From Eledone cirrhosa (Eukaryota): a stretch of 64,000 nucleotides of DNA. The stretch lies in contig OZ024744.1 in assembly GCA_964016885.1 (NCBI GenBank), positions 66,588,001 to 66,652,000 on the forward strand, in the 5' to 3' direction. Positions within the stretch are counted from its first letter, which is position 1. Each line of letters starts with the position of its first letter. The notes beneath the pieces were generated by a model. That model did not search any database. It had not been told where the DNA came from and saw only the letters and a list, made by a program, of their open reading frames with translations. Shown piece after piece: positions 23,733-38,112 of this stretch. The position numbers and the translations under genes are program-made.

Positions 23733-26710
23733 AGACAGGGCCCCGGTTACTGGAAGCTCAACTTGTCCTTGCCGGCAAGTAGAGCCTACAGGAATCGGAT
23801 TAGTACGTGAGTTAAGGAACGGTTGACTGGAGCGATCGTCAACAGCAGGTGGTGGGTATCTCTAAAGAGAGAGATTAGAGTAGTCTCGATTGAATTTAGT
23901 AAGGTTCTAGCTGCGGATAGGAATAGGAAGGAAAGGGAGCTAATAGATAGAGTAGAAGAGGCAATTAGAAGCGGCGACGTGGCCAGAGTGCTAGCGTCGA
24001 GAACGGCTTTGAGCCAGTTTTTCGACGCGAAGCACGAAGGTTGCGTTGTCCGAAGTAAAATACGTGCTCTAGGGAACGAGGGGACCAAAGCTGTTAGCTG
24101 GGCCCGCGTGACAGAGGCCAACAGTGGAACTAAATCCACCATCCGGTCTTTGCGAGACCTGGATGGACGGGCGATTCTTGAGCCTAAGCAGATGTGTGAG
24201 GCCTTTCAAAGGCACTTTGCCCGACTGTTCGGGAGGGGCGGGGAGCCGGTTGGGAACGTGGACTTCGGTCCATACCTCGACGGCCTGCCGCGCCTCTCGG
24301 ACAGGGAGGCGAAGTCCTGCGAGGAGCCGATTTCGGCCGCTGAGATAGAGGACGTGCTGAGCCAATGCGGCAAACGCAAATCCCCGGGTCTCGATGGTCT
24401 TCCTTACGAATTATATCTAGCTATGCCGGACTTGTTCCCCGATATCCTCGAGGCGGTCTACTGCAACTGGCAACAGAACGGGAGAATTCCCTGTACTGTG
24501 ACTAAGGGCGTAGTCACGCTAGTGAGGAAGGACGAGAACAAGGGGGACGAAATAAGTAACTTCAGGCCCATAACTCTGCTAAATACAGAGTTACAGATTT
24601 TGGCCAAGGTGCTAGCAAAGAGGTTGGCGCTTGTCGTGGGCAACCTGGTGGGAGATGCGCAGACATGCGCTATCCCGTCCAGGTCCATCCATGACAACCT
24701 CCACCTCATGCGATACATCATAGAGAGGGTTGGGAACGAACCCGGCTTTGGTGGGGCTCTGATCAACTTGGATCAATCTAAGGCGTTCGATAGGGTCGAC
24801 CATGGTTACCTGGATGCGGTGCTAGCGGCGGCAGGCTTCGGACCCGTTTTCAGGGGCTGGATCACTGCTATGCACAGCAGCCGCATCTGCTCTAGGGTCA
24901 AGGTGAACGGCTACCTCTCGGAGCCGTTCAAAATCGCGCGGTCCATCCGACAAGGGTGCCCTCTCTCCTCCCCTGTATGTGTTGACTCTCGAGCCACTAC
25001 TGCGGAAGTTGGAGTTGTTGCAGGGCATCCCTTTGGAACCGGGATTGCGGAAAGCGGTGTCAGCCTACGCCGATGATGTGACAGTAATGGTGTCGACAGC
25101 CTCCGAAATCGAGGCGGTCGGCACCTTACTGGAGGAGTACGAAAAGTTCACAGGGGCTAAGCTGAACCGGGACAAGTCGATCGGTTTGCAACTCGGCACG
25201 TGGAGGGGCAGACCAATGCCCTCCGATGGCGTCGTCGGACGCTGGACGGAGGGCCCGGTGAAGTTGCTCGGGGTCTGGTTCGGACCGGACCTCCAGGTGG
25301 AGAAAAACTGGGCGGAGGTTACGAACAGGGTGTTTGCACTGACCCAGAAGTGGGCCAGTTGCAAACTATCCCTGAAAGGTCGGGCGGAGGTGGCGAACAC
25401 TTATATAGCGTCCGTCATCTACTACCGCCTGACCGTAGTGCCCTGCCCAAGGGAAACCCTCACCAAGATGGAGCGCGCGCTCTTCCAATTCCTTTGGAAG
25501 AGGCGGGCTCCTATGGTGAGGAGATCCATCTGCTGTCAACACCCTTCGAAAGGAGGGCTGGGGATGCCGTGGCTAATGATGCGTAAACACGCATTAAGGC
25601 TACGGCACCTCTACGTATTCCTCACCGGACAACCGGTGTGGGCCTCGTTTGTGAGACGAACCTTTCCCAGACTCGTCTCACTCACCGAGCTGCAATCCTG
25701 GGTCAAGCAAAGACCGAGAAAACTGGGCGCCTGGCACACTGAGTGTGCCCAGGCGCTCACCGCCCTCTGGCAGGCGGATCCGGTTATCAGTGGAGACTCC
25801 ACCGCAACATTCTATAGAGGGCTGGTACGCAGCAGGTGCGACGACGCCCTCGGAGAAGCCCTAGACATGGAGGAGGACGAACTGGCCAGCCTGTTCGGTA
25901 GGACATTCAGCCCGGGACCTATGGACAACTTCCAGAAGTCCCTGGCCTGGCAGTGCTACCGAGGGGCTTTACCCGTTCGAGAAAGGCTCTACAGACACGG
26001 ACGCCCGGGTAGGGACCCCGCCAAAAAGATCTGTCCCAGATGCGTGTGCGACGAGGAAACCGTTGCACACGCATTGGTACACTGCTCGGGCGTAGCCGAT
26101 CTGTGGGGCTATGTCGAACAACTGCTGTCAAGGGTGGGACCGATCCGGTTGACCACCGAGTCTATTGTAATGATCAAGCCGCCTCCCCCCTTCAAAGATG
26201 AAGCAGAGGCGGTGTTTCTGTGCGTAATAGCCATGGCGAAAGAGGTTGTATGGTGGACGCGTCTGAAAGGACTGAGGTCAGGCACCTTTCTCTCTGGCCA
26301 ACAACTGGTACGTTTCTTCCGATATCATTTCGGAAGAAGGATCAGGATGGAGAGAGAGGTGCTGCACCCCAGTCGTTTTTATGAAAGGTGGGTGAAAGTG
26401 GCGAGAATGGCCCGTGTGAATGGGCCTTCTCTTTACATAAGCCTGTAGGTGGAAAAGAGGAAGGAACGAGGGAGCACCCCCTCTCTGTGCTCCTGAGGAA
26501 AAGGGTTGCACACTTTTTTCGGGGTGTGTGCGACCCCCCAAGGCGCCTCCTCTCTATTGAGGATTTTGTTATAAATTTTATTTTTTGTTATATCTTATTT
26601 TATTTTTATATTTTGTTATTGCCTCCTCCTTATTGAGGACGCCTTTTTGTGTAAACTCCCCCCTTTGTACTTGTCCCACTTTTGATGCCCTCGTGGCAAA
26701 TAAAAGAAAC
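23733..26710 (+). mobile_element. Tx1/L1-type LINE copy 1, 5'-truncated ORF2 (one frameshift near 24970)
   Basis: GPGYWKLN, KSPGLDGLPYE, NFRPITLLN, LDQSKAFDRV, RQGCPLS, AYADD, C-terminal CPRC..H...C; (CTAT)n on both sides. Confidence 0.95.
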
Positions 26711-26711
26711 A

Positions 26712-26801
<90 letters not shown>

Positions 26802-26819
26802 CTTATCTATCTATCTATC

Positions 26820-29317
26820 AACGGGCGCGTGCTACCAAGCGGATGTGTGCGGCCTTTCAGCGGCACTTTTCGCAACTGTTCGAGCAGAGTAGCGGTGCGC
26901 CGAACGGGGCAATGGACTTCGGTTCATACCTCGACGGCCTGCCGCGTCTCTCGAACATGGACACCGATTTCTGCGAAAGACAGATCACAACCACTGAGAT
27001 ACGGGACGCTCTGGGCCGCTGCGGGAAACGCAAATCCCCCGGTCTAGATGGTCTACCCTATGAGTTTTACATAGGCATGCCGGACTTGTTCTCTGGCGTC
27101 CTCTAGACCGTCTACTGCAACTGGCAGCAGAACGGGGGAATTCCCAGTTCTGCAGGCAGGGGCGTAGTAACGCTGATCAGGAAAGACGAGAACAAGGGGG
27201 ACGAACTAAGCAACTTTAGGCCCATAACTCTGCTCAACACAGAGTTAAAGATTTTGGCCAAGGTGCTAGCGACGAGGTTGGCGCTTGTCATCGAGAACCT
27301 GGTAGGGAAAGCGCAAACGTGTGCAATCCCGACCAGGTCCATACACAACCTCCACCTCATGCAATACATCATAGAGAGGGTGGGGTGTAAACCCGGCTTC
27401 GGTGGGGCTCCGATCAATTTAGATCAGTCTAAGGCGTTCGATAGGGACGACCATCGATACTTGGAAGCAGTTCTCAAGGCGGCCGGTTTCGGACCCGTCT
27501 TCAGAGGCTGGATCGCCGCAATGCACACCAACATCTCCTCGATGGTCAAGGTGAACGGCTACCTATCGGAGCCGTTCACAATCACGCGTTACATCCGACC
27601 GGGATGTCCTCTCTCCTCCATTCTGTACGTACTGACTCTAGAGCCACTGCTGCGGAAGTTGGTGCTGCTGCAGAGCATTCCGTTGGAACCGGGACTGCGG
27701 AAAGCGGCATCGGCTTATGCCGACGACGTGACGGTGATGGTGTCGGAAGCCTCCGAAATCGGGGCGATCAGGAACTTACTGCAAGAATACGAAAGGCTCA
27801 CAGAAGCAAAACTGAACCCGGACAAGTCTGTCGGTTTGCAACTCGGAACGTGGAGAGGCAAACCGATGCCGTCCGACAGCGTCGTCGGACGCTGGACGGA
27901 CGGACCGGTGAAATTGCTCGGGGTTTGGTTCGGTCCGTACCTCCAGGTGGAGAAAAACTGGAACGAGGTCGCGGCCAAGGTATTTGCGCTCACACAGAAA
28001 TGGGCAGAATGTAAACTATCCTTGAAAGGTCGAGCGGAGGTGGCGAACACACTCATAACGTCCGTCGTCTACTACCGCTTGACCTTCGTGCCTTGTCTCC
28101 GTGAACACCCCATCAAGATGGAACGCATGCTCTCCCAGTTCCTTTGGAAGAAGCAGGCTCTACCGGTGAGGAGATCCGTCTGCTGTCAGCGCCCTTCCAA
28201 CGGAGGCCTGGGAATGCCGTGGCTGATGATGCGAAAACATGCGCTGAGGCTACAGCATCTACAGGTATTCCTCACCGACCCCGAACTGGTGTGGGCACCG
28301 TTTATGAGACAGGCCGTCCCACAACTTGTCTCCCTGACGGAGCTGCAGTCCTGGGTCAAGCGGAGACCGAAGAAGATGGGCGCCTGGCACATTGAATGCG
28401 CTCAGGCGCTCACAGTCCTCTGTCAAGCGGGCACAGTAATCAGTGGAGACTCCACTTCGACATTCTATAGAGGGTTAGTACGTCACAAGCGCGACGACAT
28501 GCTCGCAGAGACTCTAGGCGTCGAAGACGACGAACTCACCAGTCTGTTTGGTAAGACTTTCCGCCCGGGACCTATGGACAACTTCCAGAGGTCCCTGGCC
28601 TGGCAGTGCTACCTAGGAGATCTGCCAGTTCGTGACAAGATCTACAGGCACAGACGCCCCGGCAGGGATCCTTCCAAGAGGACGTGTCCAAGATGCGCGC
28701 AGGTTATTGAAACCGTCCTGCACGAAATTGTACACTACCCGGGCGTAACCGACCTGTGGAACTACGCGGATCAACTGCTCTGGCGTATGGGACAAATCCA
28801 GTTGACTGCCGAGTCCATAGTAAGGATCAAACCACCAACTTCTTTCAAAAACGAAAGAGAGGCGGTTTTCCTCTGTATAGTAGCTATGGTGGACGAGATT
28901 GAGAGGACTGAGGACAGACGCCTTTCTCTCCGGACAACAACTCATTCCCTTCTTTAGATACCATTTAAAAGGAGAACCAGAGTGGAGAGAGAGGCACTGC
29001 ACCCCAGTAAATTTACTGAAAGGTGGGTGAATGTGGCAAAAATGGCCCAAGTGATTGGGCCTTCTTTGTATATAAACCTGTAGGTTGAAGAAGAGAGCAA
29101 AAGGAAGAAAGGAGCACTTGCACAACACGCTCCTGAAGTTGAGGGTTGTTCTATCGACGGGGTATTAAACAACCCATTTGTGCCGCCTCCCCCCTATTGG
29201 GTATTTCGATTGTTATAATTGTTTGTTTAATATTTTTTTACACGATTGTATGTAAAATCCCCGGCATGTCTTTGTTGTGTCCTCTTTTCTTGTGCGCCCT
29301 TGTGGCAAATAAAGAAA
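26820..29317 (+). mobile_element. Tx1/L1-type LINE copy 2, 5'-truncated, disrupted
   Basis: ORF 27254-28957 homologous to copy 1 (AYADD); same tggcaaataaagaaa end followed by (TCTA)n. Confidence 0.95.
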
Positions 29318-29333
29318 TCTATCTATCTATCTA

Positions 29334-32300
29334 CCTCGGATAGTTGACGTGTGCCACTTCGCTGGTAAGTTTTTTTTGTTAATTTTGCATGCAAAAAACA
29401 GGATTTTTTGTTGAAAAGTATATTGTCTTGTAGATTGTCTCCCCCGTCTGAATTGTCAGCGGGTGGGTCATCTTACCCCCCCCCCCCCTCGCCCCGGTGG
29501 AAATTTAATTAAAAAAGATTTGAAAAATTGTTTTAAAATCACACACAAAAATGGATAGCTGAGAAGAGACGCTAGTCTTGCCTACTGCTACAAATGGGCA
29601 GGGGGCGGTAAAGTTGAACGTTGCCAAGTCGTCTGCCTGTACAGATGTTGCTTTAGTGAAGTCTGTTAACAGCAACAACATGGAAAACTTTCGTAAAGAA
29701 AATAATTGTTTCTACTTTTGGCACAAGGCCAGCAATTATCCCAGTGCATTACTGGTACTTTATTTTATCGACCCCGTAAAGATGAAAGGCAAAGTTAACC
29801 TCGGCGGGGAAAATAATGATGCACAAACTACACCAACTACTGAACAGGAAAAACAACACCACAACCAAACAAACAAATTCCACCACTAAAAACGAAACAA
29901 CAATTGAGGACAACAACAACAGTTCATTCACTTAGACATTTCCAATGCAATGCGAAAGAAATGATCATTGAAGGATAAAAACACATCATTTTTTAAGAAA
30001 AAGTGTGTGTGTGGGGTGGGGTCGAATAACCTCACCCCAGAAATTAGAGCTGAGACCCTTCGGAAGACTCATCTTTCGAACAATCTCAAACACATTAAAA
30101 AACCGGCATTCCTCACTCAAGGCGAAATTGAAATAGTCTTGAAGGAGGCTTTGCCGGACATTGACTTTATGCAAAGGGCCAAGCAATACGGAAGCATTTC
30201 GATGCTTTTCAAAAGCGAGGCCCTTGCACAAGAATATTTTGTGACTGGTCACCTCAGCAAAACACACCTTTTCCCCTACATACATGGGGAAAATGACACA
30301 AAAAATAAAAGTTTTCAACATACCACCAAATATAAATATCTGGTAGATTTTGGCAGGGTTCTTGGAGGAAGGAGAGAACACCATCCTCTCCATTAAAAAA
30401 GTCTACAGAAACACCTGGAATGGCACTACTCTGGAACTTCTGGTCCAAATGAGACCAGAAAGATTTTCGAAAATTCCAGAGCGAGTGCCAGTTGACAACA
30501 ACTACATTAAGATTTCGACTGAAGGAGGGCTACCACATTGTTTTCGATGTTCCAGTATATCGCATTTAAAAGCCTCCTGTCCTCCACAAATAAACAGTAA
30601 AAGCAAAAATAAAGTACTTTTGTCGACACCAACACTAAAACCATAACAACAACACACAAAACAAGCAAACATACAAAAACCAACAACTGCACAACCACAA
30701 ACAACAGAAAAGACACAAACAATTCCCCTGAAAAACACGGTCCAACCTCCTCCTACTCCATTCAACACTACCGCAACCACACACACAAACACCCCAACCC
30801 CATACAACACACCTCTATCCATACACCCCAGATGAAAACACATCAGATGAAGCAACCTCTCCATCTCCAAGCGAAGATGGAGGAGAGCCTCAGAAATCCA
30901 AAGGACAAAAAGAAAAGACACCGCAAAACCACAAAAACACCAATCACCAACACAAACACACAACCCCTAACACAAACAACAACACAAACGCCACCACAGT
31001 CATCCCCCCTTCTATCAGCAAAACAAACACCAACACCACCCAGACACAAATACCCACAATCAAAAGAAAATTGCAAAACGAACAACAAACAAAAACAACA
31101 CAACAAAAATCCAAACAAAATACACATACATCAACACAAAAAACAAAGACCTGATGGAGGTCATCTCCAAAGAACCAAAAGTGGAGACCGAAGGGAAAAC
31201 TTTCACAAAATCAGGAACAGCACCACACCTGAAAATGATAAGGGTTCCAAAGGAAACCTACAACAAACTGAAAGACCAATTTTCACAGGACGTCGGAGTC
31301 CCATACCAAAAACCTATAAACCGCCAACTCTTAAATGACCTTAGTTGACATGGTATAGATATGATAGCCATCAGTGAGTCCAGGATCCACAACAAGCAGC
31401 AATTAACCCCCATCTTCGATGACTTTGAGATCTACGCGTCTATGTGTCAGCCAGGAGGTGGAGGGGAGTTTCGGAAAAACCTGGACCTCGAAATACAGAA
31501 AATCTACTTGGACCCGGAGGGTAGACTGGTGGTCCTAGACGTGAACAGTGGTGAAGGTGGAGCCTTCAGACTGGTGGCCCTGACTGGGACATCGCGACCA
31601 GACTTCTTTAAGCGTCTAGAGTCCTTTATGGGAACGTATAGCTCCTTGCTTTTAGTGGGGGACTGGAATGGTATCCTGGATGCACGTTAGGACTATGTGG
31701 GAACATGCCTCTATAGAGAGGGAGGGGGTGCAACAGCCTCAAAAATTTAATCGGCCAATTCCAACTGGCCGATAGATATCGACTAGATTTCCCAACGGTA
31801 CCACTGTGGACGTGGACGAATCGTAGTGGGACATCTAGATCGTATTTAGACAGGTTTATAATTAGAGAAAATGTACACAAATGTACATGGTTGCCTATTC
31901 GGACCACAAATTAGTCATCTGCATAGTCAACCATGATAGAACGCATAGACAGGGACCCGGATACTGGAAGCTGAACATGTCGTTACCGACGCGTAAAGCT
32001 TACAGTAGACGGATAATTAGTTTAGTTAAGCACCAGTTGACGGGAGCCATCGTCAACAACAGATGGTGGTGCTCTCTCAAGAGAGCAATTAGACTAGAAT
32101 CCATAGCTTTTAGCAAAGAACTAGCTTTAGGAAAAAAATAAAACAGAAAAAGAATTAGTAGCTAAAGTAGAAGAGGCGCTTAGGAGTGGCAACACAGCTA
32201 GCGTGCTAGCAACGTGAACGGCACTGGACCAGTTCTTCGATGCGAAACACGAAGACTGCGTTGTCAGGAGTAGATCACGTGCTCTAGGTAACGAAGGCGC

Positions 32301-34150
32301 AAAAGCTGTTAGCTGGGCGTGAGTGGCACAGGCAAAAAGTGGCAACAAGTCCACGATTCGGTTTTGAAAGACCAAAACGGACGCGTGCTACTTGAATCCA
32401 AACAGATGTGCACGGCCTTCCAGCAGCATTTTGCACAACTCTTCGGGCAGAGCGGTGCGCCGAAAGAGGCAATGGACTTCGGTTCATAGCTCGACGGCCT
32501 ACCGCGACTCTCGAGCATGGACGCGAAGTTCTGCGAAAGACCGATCACAGCCGCTGCGGGAAATGCAAATCTCCCGGTCTAGATGGTCTACCCTATGAGT
32601 TTTACATAGGTATTCCGGTCTTGTTCGCCGACCTCCTCGAAGCGGTCTACTGCAACTGGCAGCAGAACGAATCACGCGTTTCATCCGACAGGGATCCCCT
32701 CTCTCCTCCATTCTGTACGTGCTGACTATCGAGCCATTACTGCGGAAGCATCTCTTTGGAACTGAGACTGCGAAAAGCAGCGTCGGTTTATGCCGTAACA
32801 GTAATGGTGTCGAAAACCTCGGAAATCGGGGTAGTGGGCAACTTACTGAAGGAATACGAAAGGCTTACAGGAGCAAAACTGAACCCGAACAAGCCTGTCG
32901 GTTTGCAGTTCGGAACGTGGAAAGGCAAACCGATGCCAAAATGGAACGTATGCTCTTCCAATTCCTTTGAAAGAAGCAGGCTCACCCGGTGAGGAGGTCC
33001 GTCTGCTACCAGCACCCTTCCAACGGAGGGATGGGAATGCCGTGGCTGATGATGCGCAAACACGCTCTGAGCTACGGCATCTCCAGGTATTCCTCTCCGA
33101 CCCCGAACCGGTGTGAGCCCCGTTTGTGAGACAAGTCTTTCCGCAACTTGTCTTGCTGGCGGAGCTGCAGTCCTGTGTCAAGCAGAGACAGAAGAAAATG
33201 GGCGCCTGGCATATTAAATGCGCTCAGGCGCTCACAGTCCTGTCAAATGGGCACAGCAATCAGTAGGGACACCACTTCGTCATTCTGTAGAGGGTTATTA
33301 CGGTACAAGTGCAATGACGTTCTCGGAGAGACTCTGGGCGTCGAAGAAGACGAGCTGACCAGTCTGTCCGGTAGGACTTTCCGCCCAGGACCTATGGCCA
33401 ACTTCCAAAAGTCCCTAGCCTGGCAGTACTACCGAGGAGCTCTACCAGTACGCGACAAGATCTACTGGCACGGACGCCCCGGCAGGGGGTCCTTAAAAGA
33501 GGGCGTGTCCAAGATGCGAACGGGACATTGAAACCGTCCAGCACGCAATTGTACACTGCCCGGGCGTAACCGACCTGTGGAACTACGCAGAACAACTGGT
33601 GTCGCGTGTGAGACAAATCTAGTTGACCACCGAGTCCATAGTAAGGATCAAACCGCCACCTTCATTTAAAAACGGAGATGCGGTTTTTCCCTGTATGGCG
33701 GCTATGGTGAAAGGAGTAATATGGTGGACAAGGTTGAGAAGACTGAGGACAGATGCCTTTCTCTGCGGACAACAGCTCATTCCCTTCTTTAGATACCACT
33801 TCAGAAGGAGATTCAGAAAGGAGAGAGAGGTACTGCACCCCAGTAAATTTACTGAAAGGTGGGTGAATGTGGCGAGAATGGCCCGAGTGATTGGGCCTTC
33901 TCTGTTTATAAGCCTGTAGGTTGTGGAAGAGAGCAAAAGGAAGAAAGGAGCACTTGCACAACACGCTCCTGGAGTTGAGGATTGTTCTATCTACGGAGTA
34001 TTAAACAACCCATTTGTAACGCCTCACCCCTATTGGGGATCTAGATTGTTATAATTGTATGTTAACATTTTTTACACGATTGTATGTAAAATCCCCGGCA
34101 TGTCTTTGTATTGTCCCCTTTTCTTGTGCGCCCTTGTGGCAAATAAAGAA
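29334..34150 (+). mobile_element. Tx1/L1-type LINE copy 3, near full length but decayed, with internal RT deletions
   Basis: ORF1 remnant with zinc knuckle CFRCSSISHLKASC (about 30540); APE remnants (IAISES, GDWN, SDH); SINE fragment nested at 29702-29808. Confidence 0.9.
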
Positions 34151-34302
34151 ATATATCTATCTATCTGTCTGTGTGTCTGTCTGTTTTGTTTACGACTTTC
34201 TATCCATCTCATTGTAAATTTTGAATCGCTACTTTTTTCTCTCTCTATCTAGTTATCACTCTCTCTCTCTTTCTTTCTCTCATCCCTCACCCCCTCTCTT
34301 TC

Positions 34303-34335
<33 letters not shown>

Positions 34336-34475
34336 AGGTGTGTGTCTTTAACAGCAAGAAATCTTTCTTTCATCACCACTGAAATGCACAAACACGCATA
34401 CACACACGCATATACGTACACACACACACGTACACACATGTCCTATAGCCCTCACCAGGCTTAGCTCCCATCATC

Positions 34476-34763
34476 ATGACCACCACCACCACAACCACCA
34501 CTACAACCACCACCACCATCACCACCACCACCACCACCATCACCACCACTACAACTACCACCACCACCATCACCACCACTACAACAACCACCTCCACCAT
34601 CACCACCACCACCGCCATCACCACCACCACTATCACACCACCACCACCACATCACCACCAACACCACCATCACCACCACCACGAACACCACCACAAGCAC
34701 CACCACCACCACCATCACCATCACCACCAACACCACTATCACACAACCACCACGACCATCACC

Positions 34764-34794
<31 letters not shown>

Positions 34795-35550
34795 CCACCA
34801 CCACCACTACCACCACCACCATCACCACCACCACCACCACCACTATCACCACCACCACCACCACCACCTCCACTACCACCACCACCACCACCATCACCAT
34901 CACCACCACTATCACCACCACCACCACGACCATCACCATCACCACCACCACCACTATCACCACCACCATCACCACCACCACCACCATCACCACCACCACC
35001 ACCACCACCACTATCACCACCACCACCACCATCACCACCACTATCACCACCACCACCACCACCATCACCATCACCACCACCACCACTATCACCACCACCA
35101 TCACCACCACCACCACCACCATCACCACCACCACCACCACCACCACCACTATCACCACCACCACCACCATCAGCACCACCACCACTACCATCACCACCAC
35201 CACCACCACCACTACCACCACCACCACCACCACCATCACCACCACCATTACCACCACCACTACTACCACCAACACCACCACCACCACCACCACCAACACC
35301 AACACCAACACCACCACTATCACCACCACCATCACCACCACCACCACCATCACCACCACCACCACCACTATCACCACCACCACCACCATCAGCACCACCA
35401 CCACTACCATCACCACCACCACCACCACCACCATCACCACCACCATTACCACCACCACCACTACCACCACCACCACCACCACCACCACCACCACCACCAC
35501 CACCACCACCACCAACACCAACACCAACACCAACACCAACACCACAACCA
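34476..35550. repeat. Degenerate (ACC)n trinucleotide array, about 1.1 kb
   Basis: Direct inspection. Confidence 0.95.
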
Positions 35551-35751
35551 CACGTATTATCCAGTTTGCCGCTATATTTCAGACAGCCAAGCCAACAAAA
35601 CGCCGGACGCTTGATTCAACCGGATTTCTTCTACCACCTCTGTTTGAAATAAAGACAGAAAGCGTGTGTATGTCTATGTTATGTATGTATGTATGTATGT
35701 ATGTATGTATGTATGTATGTATGTATGTATGTATGTATGTATGTATGTATG

Positions 35752-36132
35752 TTATCTCTTTCTCTTAATTTCGAGTATATTTTTTTTGTCCGGCCACCTT
35801 CCTGGTGGCAAGGTTGTAAAAGAAAAGAAATTGTCATCCCTTGAATCGCAAGAATGTTTTGCAAATTTTGAAGGTGCCAGCTATCGCAGCCATTTGTAGA
35901 CTATGAATTAGGGAGCTGCGCTTTTTGTCCGCAAATCCAAGTTCAGTCATACTTTGGTCCAAGCGGGTTGGTATATAACCCGTAGCTCCAATAATGAAGC
36001 TAAAGATGTATCTTGGATACTGGATTTGTAAACTCCTCATCAATGGTCCGTAGATGTCCTCCTTTTCCTGTATTTTTCTGACAATGTTGACATCAAGTGG
36101 GCAGCTGATCTCCACAACAGAACACGTTTTCA
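35752..36132 (-). mobile_element. 3' fragment of a diverged R4/Dong-type LINE (RLE domain)
   Basis: TCSVVEISCP..IIGATG..KICKTF; (TATG)n on both sides. Confidence 0.75.
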
Positions 36133-36151
36133 ATGTATGTATGTATGTATG

Positions 36152-38112
36152 TACTTCTGGTTTTATAATTTCACAAAGTTTTACCAATAGAGAGAGAGAG
36201 TCGGTTTCTAACATAGACACAAGACTCTCTCATTGGAATTTACACAACATCAACTAGGTAGATATGTATGTCTGCATGCATGCATGTGTAGATATGGATG
36301 TTATTGTATGTGTGGATGTGGATGTTTTGAGTTGTATGTGTGCATGTGTATATGCTTTGTATCTGTACATGTGTATATGCAGTTAATAGATGCAAAGTTT
36401 TGGGAATGTTTTACATATTTTTACTGTTCCATTAATGGATTGTACTTGTAATTTCCTAACTAGTTGTGTTCTTTCTGTTACTGTGAAGCCTAGCTTCTCA
36501 AGATTTGTATTGAGGCAGTTACTAACATACCCCAGTGCCCCAATAATCACAGGCATAAATCTGAAGGTGTAATCAGGGTGGAGTATCTGCAGATTTCTCA
36601 TCAATTCTGCATAAATATTCTCCTTTTCACTAATCTTTGATATTATATTGGCATCTGCTGGGCAGCTAATTTCCACTACTGTGCATGTTTTCTTCTCCCT
36701 GTCCCATATCATAATATCTGGTCTGTTATGCCTGCATTTTATTGGATTTTACTGGAACATTCCACCAGTACTCTTTCATATTATGTACATGGATGTCTTC
36801 CACATTGTTGTAGCTTTTAATGTGTTTATTATCGGGGCTATCTTTTTTACGAACTGCATTGTACAGTGTTTTGGCCACTACATCATGCCTCATAGGTAGA
36901 TAGTACCGTGATGACATCTTTGGGCAGCTGCTGATGACATGGGTGACATCTTCGATGTTAATTCTGCAGAGTCTGCACTTGTTATCACATCTAGGTGTTT
37001 TGCCTGCATCCCTATCTCTTTTGTGAATCAGGTATCTCGTGCTAATCTCCTGTTCTTGGATTGCAAAAGCGTATCCTTCAAAGTGGGAGCCAATATAGCG
37101 GTTGTTGGTCCAAGATAGACTACTTTCCTTATCTATATTACTCTCACTCTGGAGCTACCTGGCAACATATCCATGCATGATTTTTTGCTGATAGGCATGC
37201 AGTTTTTCATCCATGGATTCACTGCGATACTGCTGAGCGACATCCCTGGGTGGGAGTTTTTGATTATCACACAGGGAATATCTCTCGAGGAGTTCCTTCC
37301 CAACTCTCATGATCTTATCTGTTTCATGCAGATAGACTTGCTCGAGAAGCGGGCTCCTACGCATCGAGGTTCGTAGATGTTGTCGGAGAGATATGATGCG
37401 ACATTCAAATGTTGTCTGGACTGATGTTAGGCCTCTGCCTCTCTGCTTACGTTTCAAGTAAAGGTGGTCTATGTCACTGTTGATGTGGAAGTTTCCGGTG
37501 TTGTTCAGTATTTTTCGAGTTCCAACATCAACTGCTCGGATTTCGTCTATCGTTCAATTGAGTATTCCAAACGTTGGTGTTAGGACAGTCACAGCAAACA
37601 CATTGTGAGCCACTGTTTTGTTTTGCGCAGAGAGTTCCGATGACCAGATCTTTCTTAATCGGGTGTAGTATTCCCTGGTTACGCGTTCTTTATTACAGAT
37701 ACCATTATAGGATATGTTCTCATCTATCCCCAGGTATCTGTAGCAGTCCTCATCAGATATCGGTGAAACAGTTAGACCATTGATGACAATGTTGCTAGAT
37801 TGGGTTGTTGTTTTTCCCCGCTTTACAGTCATGTATGAGCATTTATCTTGGCCAAACTCCATTCCTATATCCTTTGAGAACGTTGTAACCAGGTCAAGAT
37901 TTTTCTTCATCCCATCCATGTTCTTGGCATAGAGTTTCAGATCGTCCACAAAGAAGTTATGGGTTAGGTTCGTATTTCTGTCCTCCTGTGAGCCAATGAT
38001 GTATCCCTCACATTTCTTGAGCAGAAAGGACAAGGGGTTTAATGACAAGATGAACAATATCACAGAGAGACTGTCCCTCTGAAATATACCCCTGCAATAT
38101 TTTATTTTATCA
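36152..38112 (-). mobile_element. R4/Dong-type RLE LINE, 3' half
   Basis: FFVDDLKLY RT motif, CCHC region, RPD..VEISC endonuclease; close to 50452-52400. Confidence 0.9.

Noticed and set aside
34476-35768. 430-aa Thr-rich ORF resembling a mucin
   Set aside because: It is a degenerate (ACC)n microsatellite that is open in several frames, with no signal peptide, domain or splice context
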